From NCBI RefSeq assembly GCF_009914755.1, contig NC_060947.1: 64,000 nucleotides of DNA. One strand, written 5' to 3'. Within the stretch, counting starts at the first letter, position 1. The number at the start of each line of letters is the position of its first letter. The notes beneath the pieces were generated by a model, which saw only the letters and a list, made by a program, of their open reading frames with translations, did no database searches and was not told the origin of the DNA. Source of the DNA: the human T2T-CHM13v2.0 reference genome, Homo sapiens. Of this stretch, positions 50,708-64,000 are shown in pieces. Made by a program: the position numbers and the translations under genes.

Positions 50708-52994
50708 TAATATGGTTTGGCTGTGTCCTCAGCCAAATCTCATCTTGAATTCCCATATGTTGTGGGAGGGACTTGGTGGAAGATAGAATCATGGGGGCAA
50801 GTCTTTCCCGTGCTGTTCTTGTGATAGTGAATAAGTCTCACAAGATCTGATGCTTTTATAAAGGAGTTCCCCTGCACAAGCTCTCGCTCTTTGCGAACTG
50901 TGATCCATGTAAGACATGACTTGCTTCTTATGGCCTTCCGCCATGATTTTGAGGCCTCTCCAGCCATGTGGAACTGTAAGTCCATTAAAACTTTTTTTTT
51001 TTTTTTGTAAATTGCCCAATCTCAGGTATGTCTTTATTAGCAGTGTGAAAATGGGCTAATACAGTAAATTGGTACCAGTAGAGTGGGACGCTGCTGAAAA
51101 GATACCGAAAAATGTGAAAGCAAATTTGGAACTGGGTATCAGGCAGAGGTTGGAAGAGTTTGGAGGGCTCAGAAGAAGACAAGAAAATGTGGAAAACTTT
51201 GGAACTTTCTAGAGACTTGTTGAATGGCGTTGACAAAAATGCTGATAATGATATGAACAATAAGGTCCAGGCTGAGATGGTCTCAGATGGAAATGAGGAC
51301 CTTGTTGAAAATTGGTGCAAAGGTGAGTCTTGTTATGCCTTAGCAAAGAGACTGGCAGCATTTTGCCCCTGCCCTAGAAATTTGTGGAACTTTGAACTTG
51401 AGAGAGATGATTTAGGGTAGCTGGTGGAAGAAATTTCTAAGCAGCAAAGCATTCAAGATGTGACTTGGGTGCTGTTAAAGGCATTCAGTTTTAAAAGGAA
51501 AATGGAGCATAAAAGTTCAGAAAATTTGCAGCTTGACAATGTGATAGGAAAGAAAATTTCATTTTCTGAGGAGAAATTCAAGCTGGCTGCAGAAATTTGC
51601 ATAATTAATGAGGAGCCAAATGTTAATCCCCAAGACAGTGGGGAAAATGTCTCCAGGGCACATCAAGGACCTTTGCAGTAGCCCCTCCCATTACAGGCCC
51701 AGAGACCTAGGAGGAAAAATGGTTTCACGGGCCAGGCCCAGAGTCCCTCTGCTATGTGCAGTCTAGGGACTTGGTGCCCTGTGTCCCAGCCACCACAGCC
51801 ATGACTAAAAGGGGCAAAGGTACAGCTCAAGGCATGGCTTCAGAGGGTGCAAGCCCTAAGCCTTGGCACCTTCCACATGGTGTTGAACCTATAGGTGCAC
51901 AAAAGTCAAGAATTGAGTCTTGGGAACATCTGCCTAGGTTTCAGAGGATGTATGGAAATGCCTGGATGTCAAGGCAGAAGTTTGCTGCAGGGGTGGGGCA
52001 CTCATGGAGAACTTCTGCTAGGGCAGTGCAGAAGGGAAATATTGGGTGGGTGCCCCCACACAGAGTACCCACTGGGGTGTTGCCTAGTGGAGCTGTTAGA
52101 AGAGGGCCACCATCCTCCAGACCCCATAATGATAGATCCACTGACAGCTTGCACTGTGTACCTGGAAAAGCCACGGGCACTCAATGCCAGCCAGTAAAAG
52201 CAGCTGGAGGGAGGCTGTACCCTACAAAGCCACAGTGGTGCAGCTGCACAAGACCATGGGAACCCACTTCTTGCATCAGTGTGAGCTGGATGTGAGACAG
52301 GGAGTCAAAGGAGATCATTTTGGACATTTAAAATTTGACTGACCTGCTGGATTTTGGACTTGCATGGGACTTGTAGCCCCTTTGTTTTGGCCAATTTCTC
52401 CTATTTGGAATGGCTGTATTTACCGAATGCCTATACCCCCATTGTATTTAGGAAGTAACTAACTTGCTTTTCATTTTACAAGCTCATAGGTGGAAGGGAC
52501 TTGCCTTGTTTCAGATGAGATGTTGGACTTTGGACTTTTGAGTTAATGCTAAAATGAGTTAAGACTTTGGGAGATTGTTGGGAAGGCATGATTGGTTTTG
52601 AAATGTGAGAACATGAGGTTTGGAAGGGGCCAGGGGTGGAATGATATGGTTTGGTTGTGTCCCCACCCAAATCTCCTGTTGAATTCCCACATGATGTGGG
52701 AAGGACCCAGTGGGAAGTAATTTAATCATGGGGGCAAGTCTTTCCCATGTTGTTCTTGTGATAGTGAATAAGTCTCAAGACATCTGATGGTTTTGTAAGA
52801 GGAGTTCCTCTGTGCAAGCTCTCGCTCTTTGCTTACTGCCATCCATGTGAGAGATGACTTACTCCTCCTTGCTGTCCACCATGATTGAGGCCTCTCCAGC
52901 CATGTGGAGCTGTAAGTCCATTAAACCTCTTTCTTTTATAAATTGCCCAGTCTCGGGTATGTCTTTATCAGCAGCATGAAAGTGGACTAATACA
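50708..52994 (+). mobile_element. Full-length THE1B MaLR (5' LTR 50708-51063, internal 51064-52641, 3' LTR 52642-52994)
   Basis: Two LTRs, internal region, perfect 5-bp TSD ccacc. Confidence 0.95.
51160..52295 (+). pseudogene. Disrupted MaLR internal ORF (ERVL gag-related)
   Basis: EGSEEDKKMWKTLEL...RDDLG*LVEEISKQQSIQDVTW; in-frame stop at 51418-51420 and a later frameshift. Confidence 0.75.
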
Positions 52995-53383
52995 CCACCT
53001 CATACCTCTCCCCTAAACTTCAGAGTCTCCACCTGTATGTCTCACAGGTATTTTTAGTTTAACAATCCCAAGACTCAACTCTTGATTCCCTACCTACAAG
53101 CCTGCTCTTCTTGAGTCTTTAACATCTCTGTTGCCCCTGAAAAGACTGTGACATTATTCTTAACGCCTTTGTTTCTGCCATACCACACATCTAATCTTTC
53201 AACAAGTCCTGTGGGACACTACCTTCAAAATATATAGATCCAACCAGTTTTTATTATCTCCACTGCTACCATTCTTGTCTAAGCCATCATCATTTTGCTC
53301 TTGGATTACTAGTTTCCAAACAGGCATTCCTACATTTGCCATTGTCCTCCAATCTATTTGCATATCATCTAGAGAAACCTTTT

Positions 53384-53671
<288 letters not shown>

Positions 53672-54890
53672 GAGAAACCTTTTAAGAATTCAAGTCAGAT
53701 CATGTCACTCCACTGTTAAAAATTTTCAAATGTTTTGCCATCTCAGAGTAAATGTCAATGTATTTATAATGGTCTAAAAAACCCTACAATATGACAGGTC
53801 TTGTGATCCTTCTCTGAATCTTATGCTTCTATTTTCCTTGATCATTCTGTTCCTGCCACGCTGGCTTCCTCGTTATTCAGCAGACACACCACGTACAGCA
53901 AACAAGCCCTTATGTCAGAAACGTTGCTTTTGCAGTTATGTCTGCCTGAGATATGGCTTGTGGTTTTGCCCATTCCTGTTAAATGTCAGCTCCTCGATGA
54001 GTCCTTTCTTGATCACTCTATGTAAAATAGCAACCCCACTCTCCAGAAATTTCTATCCCCCATCTTCATGTTAAAGTTTTTCCACAGCACTGGACATTAT
54101 ATAATAGACTATTTTTTTTTTGTTTATTGCCTTTTACATTCCATTAGAATATAATCTCAGGCGGGCAGTTTTTAAGGTTCTATTCATAACTGTAGCCCCA
54201 GCATGTGGAACAGTGTATAACAAATAGTAGGCGCTCAGTAAATATTTATTGAATAAATGAGTGAATGACTGTATGAGAACCCTTGTCTTTTGTCCCATGC
54301 AATTCACTAGTGACCAAATGTCATGAGATTTTATATATGTTTAAGCTTTGGTGAAAATGTAGACACTGCCAAAGTCACTGACTTTATTTAGATCCTCATA
54401 TGTCTTCGTTTATCACTAGCCAATCATTTCAAGACTGTGGTTGCAATTTAAAATGTTTTGCATCTACAATAAAATGGAAAGACATCTTATTTCATGCATT
54501 GGAAAAATTAATATTGTTAAAATGACCATACTACCCAAAGTGATCTAAAGATTCAATGCAATCCTTACCAAATTACTAATGAAATTCTTTACAGAAATAG
54601 AAAAAAGCAATCTTAGAATTTGTAAGGAACCACAAAAGACCTTGAATAACCAAAGCAATCTTGAATAGAAAGAATAAAGCTGGAGGTATTAGATGACCTG
54701 ACTTCAAAATATACTACAAAGCTATAGTAACAAAAACAGTATGGTACTGGCATAAAAACAGATACATAAACCAAGACAACATAATAGAGAACTGAAAAAT
54801 AAATCCATATATATACAGCCAACTAATTTTCAATAGAGGCACCAAGAATATTACTAAGGAAAGAATAGTGTCTTCAATAAATGGTGCTGG

Positions 54891-55404
54891 GGCCTGGCAG
54901 AGTGGCTCATGCCTATAATCCTGGCACTTTGGAAGGCCTAGGCAGAAGGATCACTTACAGCCAGGAGTTCAAGACCAGCCTGGAAAACAAAGCAAGACCT
55001 CCTCTCTACAACAAAAATAATAATAAATAAATAAACTGGGATTGGTAATAATATAATATAATATATAGTATAAGTAAGCTGGAACAAAATAAGCTTTCTC
55101 CCAGATAACTCATTGCAATCTTCCAGATAATTCAGAATAATATCACCACCTCAACATTCTTAATTTCGTCATATCGGCAGCGTCCCTTTTGCTATGTAAT
55201 TTAACATATTAACAATATGATATAACTGGGGCTATTTCATTGCCTGTGCCTGTAGTTCCAGCTACACGGGGGGCTAAGGCAGGAGAATCACTTGAGACCA
55301 AGGGTTCGAGGCTGCAGTGAGCTATGATTGCACCACTGCACTACAGCCTAGATGACAGAGCTAGACCCTGTGTCTAAAAAATTAAAAATTTAAATAAATA
55401 AGTA
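54891..55404 (+). mobile_element. AluJ with ~190-bp non-Alu insertion
   Basis: TSD about aataaat(g/a)gtg; insertion 55041-55230 at start of right arm. Confidence 0.88.
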
Positions 55405-56476
55405 AATAAATAGTGTGGGGAAAACTGTATGTCCTTATCCAGGAGAAATGAAACTAGACTCATATCTCGCCATATCCAAAAAGCAACTCAAAATGAATTC
55501 AATACTTAAATGTCGGACCCAAAACTATAAAACAATTATAAGAAGACATAAGGGAAATGCTTCAGAACATTGATCTGGGAGAAGATTTCATAGATAAGAC
55601 CTCAAAAGCGCAGGCAACAAAGCAAAAATAGAAGTATGGGATTATAGCAAACTAAAAGTCTTCTGCAAAGCAAAAGAAACAATCAACAGAGTGAAGAGGA
55701 AGCCTGCAGAATGAGAGAAAATATTTGCAAAGTATTCGCCAACAAGAGATTAATATCCAGAATATACAAGGAACTCAAACAACTCAATAGCAGAAAACAA
55801 ATAATCCAATTAAAAATGGGCAAGTGATTTGGGAAATGACATACAAATGGCCAATAAGTATATGAAAAAATGTTCAACATCACAAATCATCAGGGAAATC
55901 CAAATCAAAATCACAATGAGAAATAATTTTACCCTAAATAGAATACCTATTAAAAAAAAAAGAAAAAACAAAACAAAACACAACATAGCAAATGCTGGCA
56001 AGGATGAAGAGAATGGGAACTTTTATAGGCTTTTGGTAGAAATGTAAATTAGTTCAGCCATTATGGAAAACAGTTTGGAGGTTCCTCAAAAAAGTACAAT
56101 AAAACAACTATATGATTCAGCAATCTTACTACTGGGTATATATCCAAAGGAAAGGAAGTCAGTATATTGAAGAGATGTCTGAACCTCATGTTTATTATAG
56201 CACTATACATGATAGCTAAGATATAGAATCAACCTAAGTGCCTATCAACAAATGAATGATAAAGAAAATATGGTATATATACAGAATTGAATACTATTCA
56301 GCCATAAAAATGAATGAAATCCTATCATTCCTGGAAACATGGATGAGCCTGGAGGACATTATGTTAAGTGAAATAAGCCAGGCACAGAAATAGGCACATA
56401 TGAGAGCATGTTCTCATTCATATGTGGGAGCAAACAAAGTTGATCTCGTAGAAGTAGAGAGTAGAATAGTGGTTTT

Positions 56477-56834
<358 letters not shown>

Positions 56835-57174
56835 TTAACAGACACAAAATTACAGATAGATAGGAGGAATAGGTTCTAGCTTTCATAGCACTGTAGGGTG
56901 ACTATAGTTAATAATAATTTATTGTATATCTTTAAAGAGCTAAAAGAGAGAGTTTTGAATGTTCCCAACACAAAGAAATAATAAATATTGAAGGTCATGA
57001 GTATACTAATTATCCTGATTTGATCATTATATGTAGTTTGTATCAAAATATCACATTGTTCCCCGTAAGTTATGTGTCAACTAAAACGTTAAATGCAAAG
57101 TGTTTTGTGTCTAACCTATTTACTTATATATTTCAAAATATCAGTGGTTTGAATTCAATTTAGCTTTTAGTAGG

Positions 57175-57641
57175 TGTATTAGCTTCCTGTTGCTGCTGCT
57201 GTAACATATGCAGCAAACCTAGTGGCTTAAAACAACAAAAAAATCACTATTTTACAGTTCTGGAGTCAGACATCCCAAATCAGTCTAATGAGGCTAAAAT
57301 TAAGGTGTAGACAGGGCTACATTCCTTCTATAGGCTCTAGAGGTGAATCTGTTATCTTGCCTTTTCCAGATTTTAGAGGCTACCCGCAGTCCTGGGCTCA
57401 AGGCCACATCCATCTGACCTCCCCTCATACCTTCTCTGACTTTCATTCCTTCTTCTTTCCTTACAAAGACCCTTGTGATTACATTGCAATCTCCCAGATA
57501 ACTCAGAATTATCTTGCGACCTCAAGATTCTTAATTTAGTCACATCTGCAGAGTCCTTTTTTTGATAATTTAATATACTCACAAAATTAATGGTTAGCAT
57601 GTGGACAGTTTTTGAGGGGGGTTATTATTCTGCCTGTCACA
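57175..57641 (-). mobile_element. MLT1 (MLT1D-like) MaLR solo LTR
   Basis: tgtattagcttcctgttgctgct...gtaac; agtggcttaaaacaac; ttattctgcctgtcaca; TSD gtagg/gaagg. Confidence 0.85.
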
Positions 57642-59185
57642 GAAGGTTGAATTTTAAATGGAATGAATTTAAGGTAGGGAGAGGAATCTGTGTCAAAACC
57701 AGAAATAATTCCCAAGGTAATATATAGATCTTAATATAAGAAAATTATTACGTTCTCCTGTTGTTTATAATTCTGTCAATACTGCTGAAATAACAGATGG
57801 TTGAGGTTTTCGTTTAACAAAGAAAGAAATGCAAAATTTCCTGAAAATTTGATTTAGAGCATTACCAAGTCTTATTAAATACCATAATTAGATTATTTGT
57901 ACCCTGGAATGAAGGTTCAAGTGACTTTTATTTGCTCTAAACCTTGGCTAATCCTGAATATAAACATGATGGTATTTGTTCTTTGTGTCATCACAGACCT
58001 GAAAATCTTCTGTAGTGAGTTTTATACTCAGTAAAAATAGGAATCCAAAGATTAGGACTTCAGTGAACTGCCTAGGGAGGGTGAAACTTATATGTGAGAA
58101 CTGATTACATAAAGTTATTGAGAAGACTAGGAGCCGAAACATCTGATTGAGACAATTTCACCTCCTTTCAAGGATGAGGCTCATCTGCATCTCTACCCAT
58201 TGAAGAGAGTAGGAATTCCTAGAACCTATGTGGCAGAGGTCAAAAAAGCTGTGACTTAGGTACCAGGAATGGAGTAACTGGGGAAGTGATGAGGCAAGAC
58301 TGTGGGGAGCTCTTCTCCCAGTTTCTTCTGCATAACTCTTTATTCTCTCTAAGCTCTTTTCTCGCTCCAGCCTCTACATTTCTCGTTATTGATTGATTTA
58401 TTCCATTAGGCTAATGTATTAGGTCTCCACAAGTGCAAATTCCTCTGAAGAGGAATTAGCATAATAAGGCATTGACACTGAGGATACATTAATCTGATTA
58501 TACTGTTATGTACTAGAGAGCATCTTTAGAAAACAAAGACTAAGATGTATTTGATGTAATAGTAGGGAAAGAAAACTTTTCTTGAAGATCTGCTAAGGGA
58601 GAACAAGTCCAAATGGGGTACTATAATGAAGGGAGTTCTGGGGCAGCCATTCAAGTAGTTTTTGTTGTGATTAGAAGAAAACAACATTATTGAAAGAAAG
58701 TAGAGCATATTGCATAGGAGGAGGGCATCGTCTTCCAATTGTCTGCCTTTATTTAATTCATTCCTCATATTTGGCCATGAGACGGGGTAGATGAGATGAA
58801 ACACAAAAGAATTCTGAGAATATTAAAAGTCTTAAAAGTAAAGTGAAGCATCTTTGCAAATCTCTACTCTTTCAGACAACTTACAAAGACATCAACATTT
58901 ATTAAGTTTATACGTGAAAGTGATCTCAAAGATGATCCCAAAGGCATTGATTTTATGACAGTACAAGGGAGAAAATTGTAAACCTTTCTTTGTGATAATA
59001 TGTGTCTTCAATGCAATCACAGATTTATGTGACTTTTACCATGATTGTATATACTTGGAATATAATTTAATATAGTCAAATTTGATTAGCATAAAGCCAT
59101 AAATGTAAGCAAAGTTTAATCTAGTGACATGACTAAAATTCTAAAACCTGTGGGCAGTCTATATATTAATATAAATTAATATATA

Positions 59186-60563
59186 CATTTTTTCAACTTT
59201 TAAGTTCTAGGGTACATGTGCAGGATGTGCAGGTTTCTTACATAGGTAAACATGTGCCATGGTGGTTTGCTGCACAGATCAACCCATCACCTAGTTATTA
59301 AGCCCAGCATCCATTAGCTATTCTTCCTGATGCTCTCCCTCCTCCAGCCCCATGACAGGCCCCAGTGTGTGTTGTTCCCCTCAATGTGTCCATATGTTTT
59401 CATTGTTCATCTTCCACTTATAAGTGAGAACATGTGGTGTGTGGTTTTCTGTTCCTGCATAAGTTTGGTGAGGATAACGGCTTGCAGCTCGATCCATGTC
59501 CTTGCAAAGGACGTGATCTTGTTCCTTTTTATGGCTGCATAGTGTTCCATGGTGTATATGTACCATACCACATTTTCTTTATCCAGTCTATCACTGATGG
59601 ACATTTGGGCTGATTCCATGTCTTTGCTATTGTGAACAGTGCTGCAATGAACATACATGTGCATGTATCTTTAACATAGGATGGTTTATATTCTTTTGGG
59701 TATATACCCACTAATGGGATTGCTGGAGCAAATGGTATTTCTGGTTCTAAATTTTTGAGGAATTGCCACACTGTCTTCCACAATAGTTAAACTAATTTGC
59801 ACTCCTACCAACAGTGTAAAAGCATTCCTTTTTCTGTGCAACCTCGCCAGCATCTATTTTTTCTTGATTTTTTAATAATCACCATTGTAACTGGCGTGAC
59901 ATGGTATCTCATTGTGGTTTTGCTTTGCATTTCTCTAATGATAAGTGATGTTGAGCTTTTTTGCCTATGTTTGTTGGTCACAAGAATGTCTTCTTATGAG
60001 AAGTGTCTTTTCATGTCCTTTGCCCAATTCTTAATGGGGTTGTTTGTTTTTGTCTTACATATTTGCTTAAGTTCCTTATAGACTCTGGATATTAGACCTT
60101 TGTCAGATAGATTGCAAAAATATGCTCCTGTTCTGTAGGTTGTTTGTTCACTCTGATGATAGTTTCTTTTGCTGTGCAGAAGCTCTTTAGTTTAATTAGA
60201 TCCCATTTTTCAATTTTTGCTTTTTTTGCAATTGCTGTTGGTGTTTTCATCATGAAATCTTTGCCTGTGCTTATGCCCTGAATGGTATTGCCTAGATTGT
60301 CTTCTAGGGTTTTTTGTAGTTTTGGGTTTTACATATAAGTCTTTAACCCATCTTGTGTTAATTTTTATATCAGATGTAAGGAAGAGGGATCTAGTTCCAA
60401 TTTTCTGCATATGGCCAGCCAGTTCTCCCAGCACCATTTATTAAATAGGGAATTCTTTCCCCATTGCTTGCTCTTGTCAGATTTGTCGAAGATCAGATGG
60501 TTGTACGTGTGCAGTCTTATTTCTGAGTTCTCTATTCTGTTCCATTGGTTTATGTGTCTGTTT
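59186..60563 (-). mobile_element. 5'-truncated L1PA (older L1PA)
   Basis: ORF2 C-terminal peptide WKTVWQFLKNLEPEIPFAPAIPLVGIYPKEYK; L1PA 3' UTR. Confidence 0.93.
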
Positions 60564-62434
60564 ACTATGTGAAGTAAACGGTTAAGAAATAGTAGCTTAA
60601 AACTTTTTCTACAAATTTTGTTTATTTCTGTAGTCCCTGCACCCCAGGCAGTGCTTTAATATAATCGTAATGCATATTCTGCAGGTTCTTACTTCAAAAC
60701 AATTTCAACATTCTTATCTTTCCCATCAGTCCCAATATTCTTCCTATGCAGGTATATAATGAGAAAGTGTTTTGTTTCTTTTAAAACAAAATTTCAATGA
60801 GTCTACTAAATAAATAAACAATTAATTTTTTCAGTACATTTGATGGGAAATAATAATATGGAATAATCACAAATTACTGCTTAATGAAATTTCTCTCAGA
60901 AATATAGATCATTCACCTTTTCATTTCCCCCCATTTTAACTAGTCTTTAGAGATTACTTATTGTAAAATCTGACGTGAAATAAACTGAAGAACTTTTCAC
61001 TCAGTTTTTCAAATTTAGAGAATCTAGTCTAAAGAGGACCTGATCGTTGTTGCTATTTCACTGACGATTTTGTTATTTTTGATTATAATGTAATAATATG
61101 CAAATCTTTCCCAATGCCCTAATACAAAAATAGCCAGTGTTAATTTTCTATGTTTGTATAAATTAATGCTAATTTTAAAATTCCATTTTCATACTTGCTT
61201 GTTATTCATTTTGTTTTGGTCAAGATAAATTTGCCCCAATTAAGCTAACATGGATTCTATTTTGTTGTTTTCATTGATACTGGAATATTGTCCCTTTCCC
61301 TAACTATGCTTCTAAATTCAATAGATAATTGCTCAAGGTTAAAGTGCAGTTATATTTCACATCATCTTTTTAACCTACATTTATTTCCAGTCATATTTCA
61401 GACAACTGACTTGTTGCTTTTCCTAATTATATTTGTTTTATTTTCTACCTTTACTTATTTCAATTTGTTCTCTGTTCGTCCTTTTGTTCTTTATTCAAGT
61501 TCCCAGATAATTGAAGTAGATTGTAGACCAATTTAGGTCAAAATATTTTCTTGGCTTATCACCTGAGATTCCTAGAAGGATCTCTTGAGAAATTAGAAAC
61601 GTCATTATTATGTAAGGGGTTTTAATATAATCAAAATGCATATTCTGCAGGTTCTTACAAAAAGAAATTAAATTTACCAATGGCTTAGTCTAGCATACTT
61701 TTTAATTATAGAATACATCTTAACTCCGTTCATTATTGGGTTATTGACATCAACCTAGGAATTGCAGTTATTTAGGTTTGGCAGGCAATGCTAATGAATG
61801 TTTTAAAAATAATGAATTAGTGAAGTTCTTTTTGCGTTGAAAACTGAAAACTAATTTTAATTAAGAGCTTAGTGTATCTCCATAGAATACTTTTAATTCT
61901 TTACTCTTGAGTTTACACTGACAAAGCCAAGTTCTCATGATAACATTTAGTGCCTCTATTTGGCCATGTTTATGTTGCCAAATAATTAAGCACAAATAGC
62001 ATCTTCGAAGAACTCAGAAGACATACAGGACAGCAACCTCCCAGAACAGATTTCTCAGGGACAAGAAATCTAGTGAGAGTTTGTTTCTACCTAGAATCTT
62101 GATCTAAGTGAATACATAAATTTTCTAAAATGTTAACATTTCTTCATCAAATAACTCAAGGTTAGGAAGAAGTGCCTTTTTATGGCTTATGATATGGATC
62201 TTGATATGAGTCATAATTTTTTTAATGAAGGAGAACCATTCTGTCTCCTTGCCCCACACTTGAGCTTAATGTTCTAATATTAGGAAACAAAAAGGTTGAT
62301 AATTCTTTACTTTGTGAATTATAATTGACTTTTTAAAAAGAAAGTTAACTCATAATTGTAATAGCCGCTAACTCTCTGACAAACCTTTTGCACATAACTG
62401 GAAAGCATAAAAGACAAAAACTATAAGTTCATGA

Positions 62435-62776
<342 letters not shown>

Positions 62777-62836
62777 TCCATTCTCTTTTTAAACAATTAG
62801 TGCCATTATTCAGATATTGGAATGGTGGCAAGCTAG

Positions 62837-63196
<360 letters not shown>

Positions 63197-64000
63197 TAGT
63201 TATGGGCAGACTTGTTTAACATTTAGGAATTATCAATCCAGTCTTCTGTATGTAATTAAAGGGGATTTTTTTTTAATTTGACATAGTTATTAAAAAGACT
63301 TCCTGCAAGCAAAATTACATATTGAAGGTAGTGAAAAAGACATTATTTTATGTGTTTGTGTTCTAGTGAATCTGAAAGATTAATCCATTTTAACCCTAGG
63401 GTGGGGTGTAGTAGTGGTGAATCATCTCAGTATTATTGATACACATCAGATTATTTTCATGATGGCATCCACTTTACATGCAGTAAAGTATGTATAACTT
63501 TTGTTTTTTGGTGGGGACAAGAATGATGCCAATAACCTAAACTATCTTTACTATATCGTGCTTTTCTTTGTAGGGGCTAGTTAAATCTTTAGGAGTTTAA
63601 CTTCACCTATAGTATATTTATCTCCATTAATAACAAGAACATTATAATTTTTTACTAATTATGACAAAATTTAGTATTTTGAGCATAAATTTGGCCAAAC
63701 TATTCCTCTATATTTTTTTCCAATTTCAAAATAATACTTTTATATTTTAAATAATATATTGCTTTAACATAATAAATTACTGTATATTTTCCCATTAAAG
63801 AGATTTATGCATGAAATATTTCCAAGTGAAAGATACACTTTTAAGTGTGTGATAAACCTATGAATTATTTCTACTCTCACACCTCTTAAAAAATTTTAAA
63901 ATAAATGTTTATCTAAAAATCACTCTACAGTAAGCTGCTGAATAATCAATTGATTTCAGCCTTTTGAGCTTTTCAAATTCTTACTGGAAAAAACTACTTT

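Overview
AT-rich primate (probably human) genomic DNA that looks like deep intron or intergenic sequence. I can support no protein-coding gene: nearly every ORF in the supplied track lies in Alu, L1, THE1/MST/LTR or simple-repeat sequence. I count about 32 Alu-family SINEs (one a FAM monomer), 7 L1 pieces (including an internally deleted L1PB), several L2/MIR remnants, MER58B and MER5A DNA-transposon fossils, ERV1 solo LTRs (MER4A, MER41A, MER31-like, LTR1-like, one LTR10/15-like), and MaLRs (a full-length THE1B with TSD, a truncated THE1A, solo THE1B, MSTA, MLT1). The structure that repeat annotation does not explain is a set of short local copies, where sequence was duplicated from 0.5-2.4 kb away: 12.5 kb from 13.0 kb, an inverted copy at 26.2 kb from 25.3 kb, an MLT1 fragment inside an Alu at 55.1 kb from 57.5 kb, and a 60.7/61.6 kb direct repeat. 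These resemble fossil templated-insertion scars of end-joining repair. A few + strand microexon candidates are noted at low confidence. Repeat subfamily names come from my recall of consensus sequences, not from a search. I found no evidence of a new coding system.
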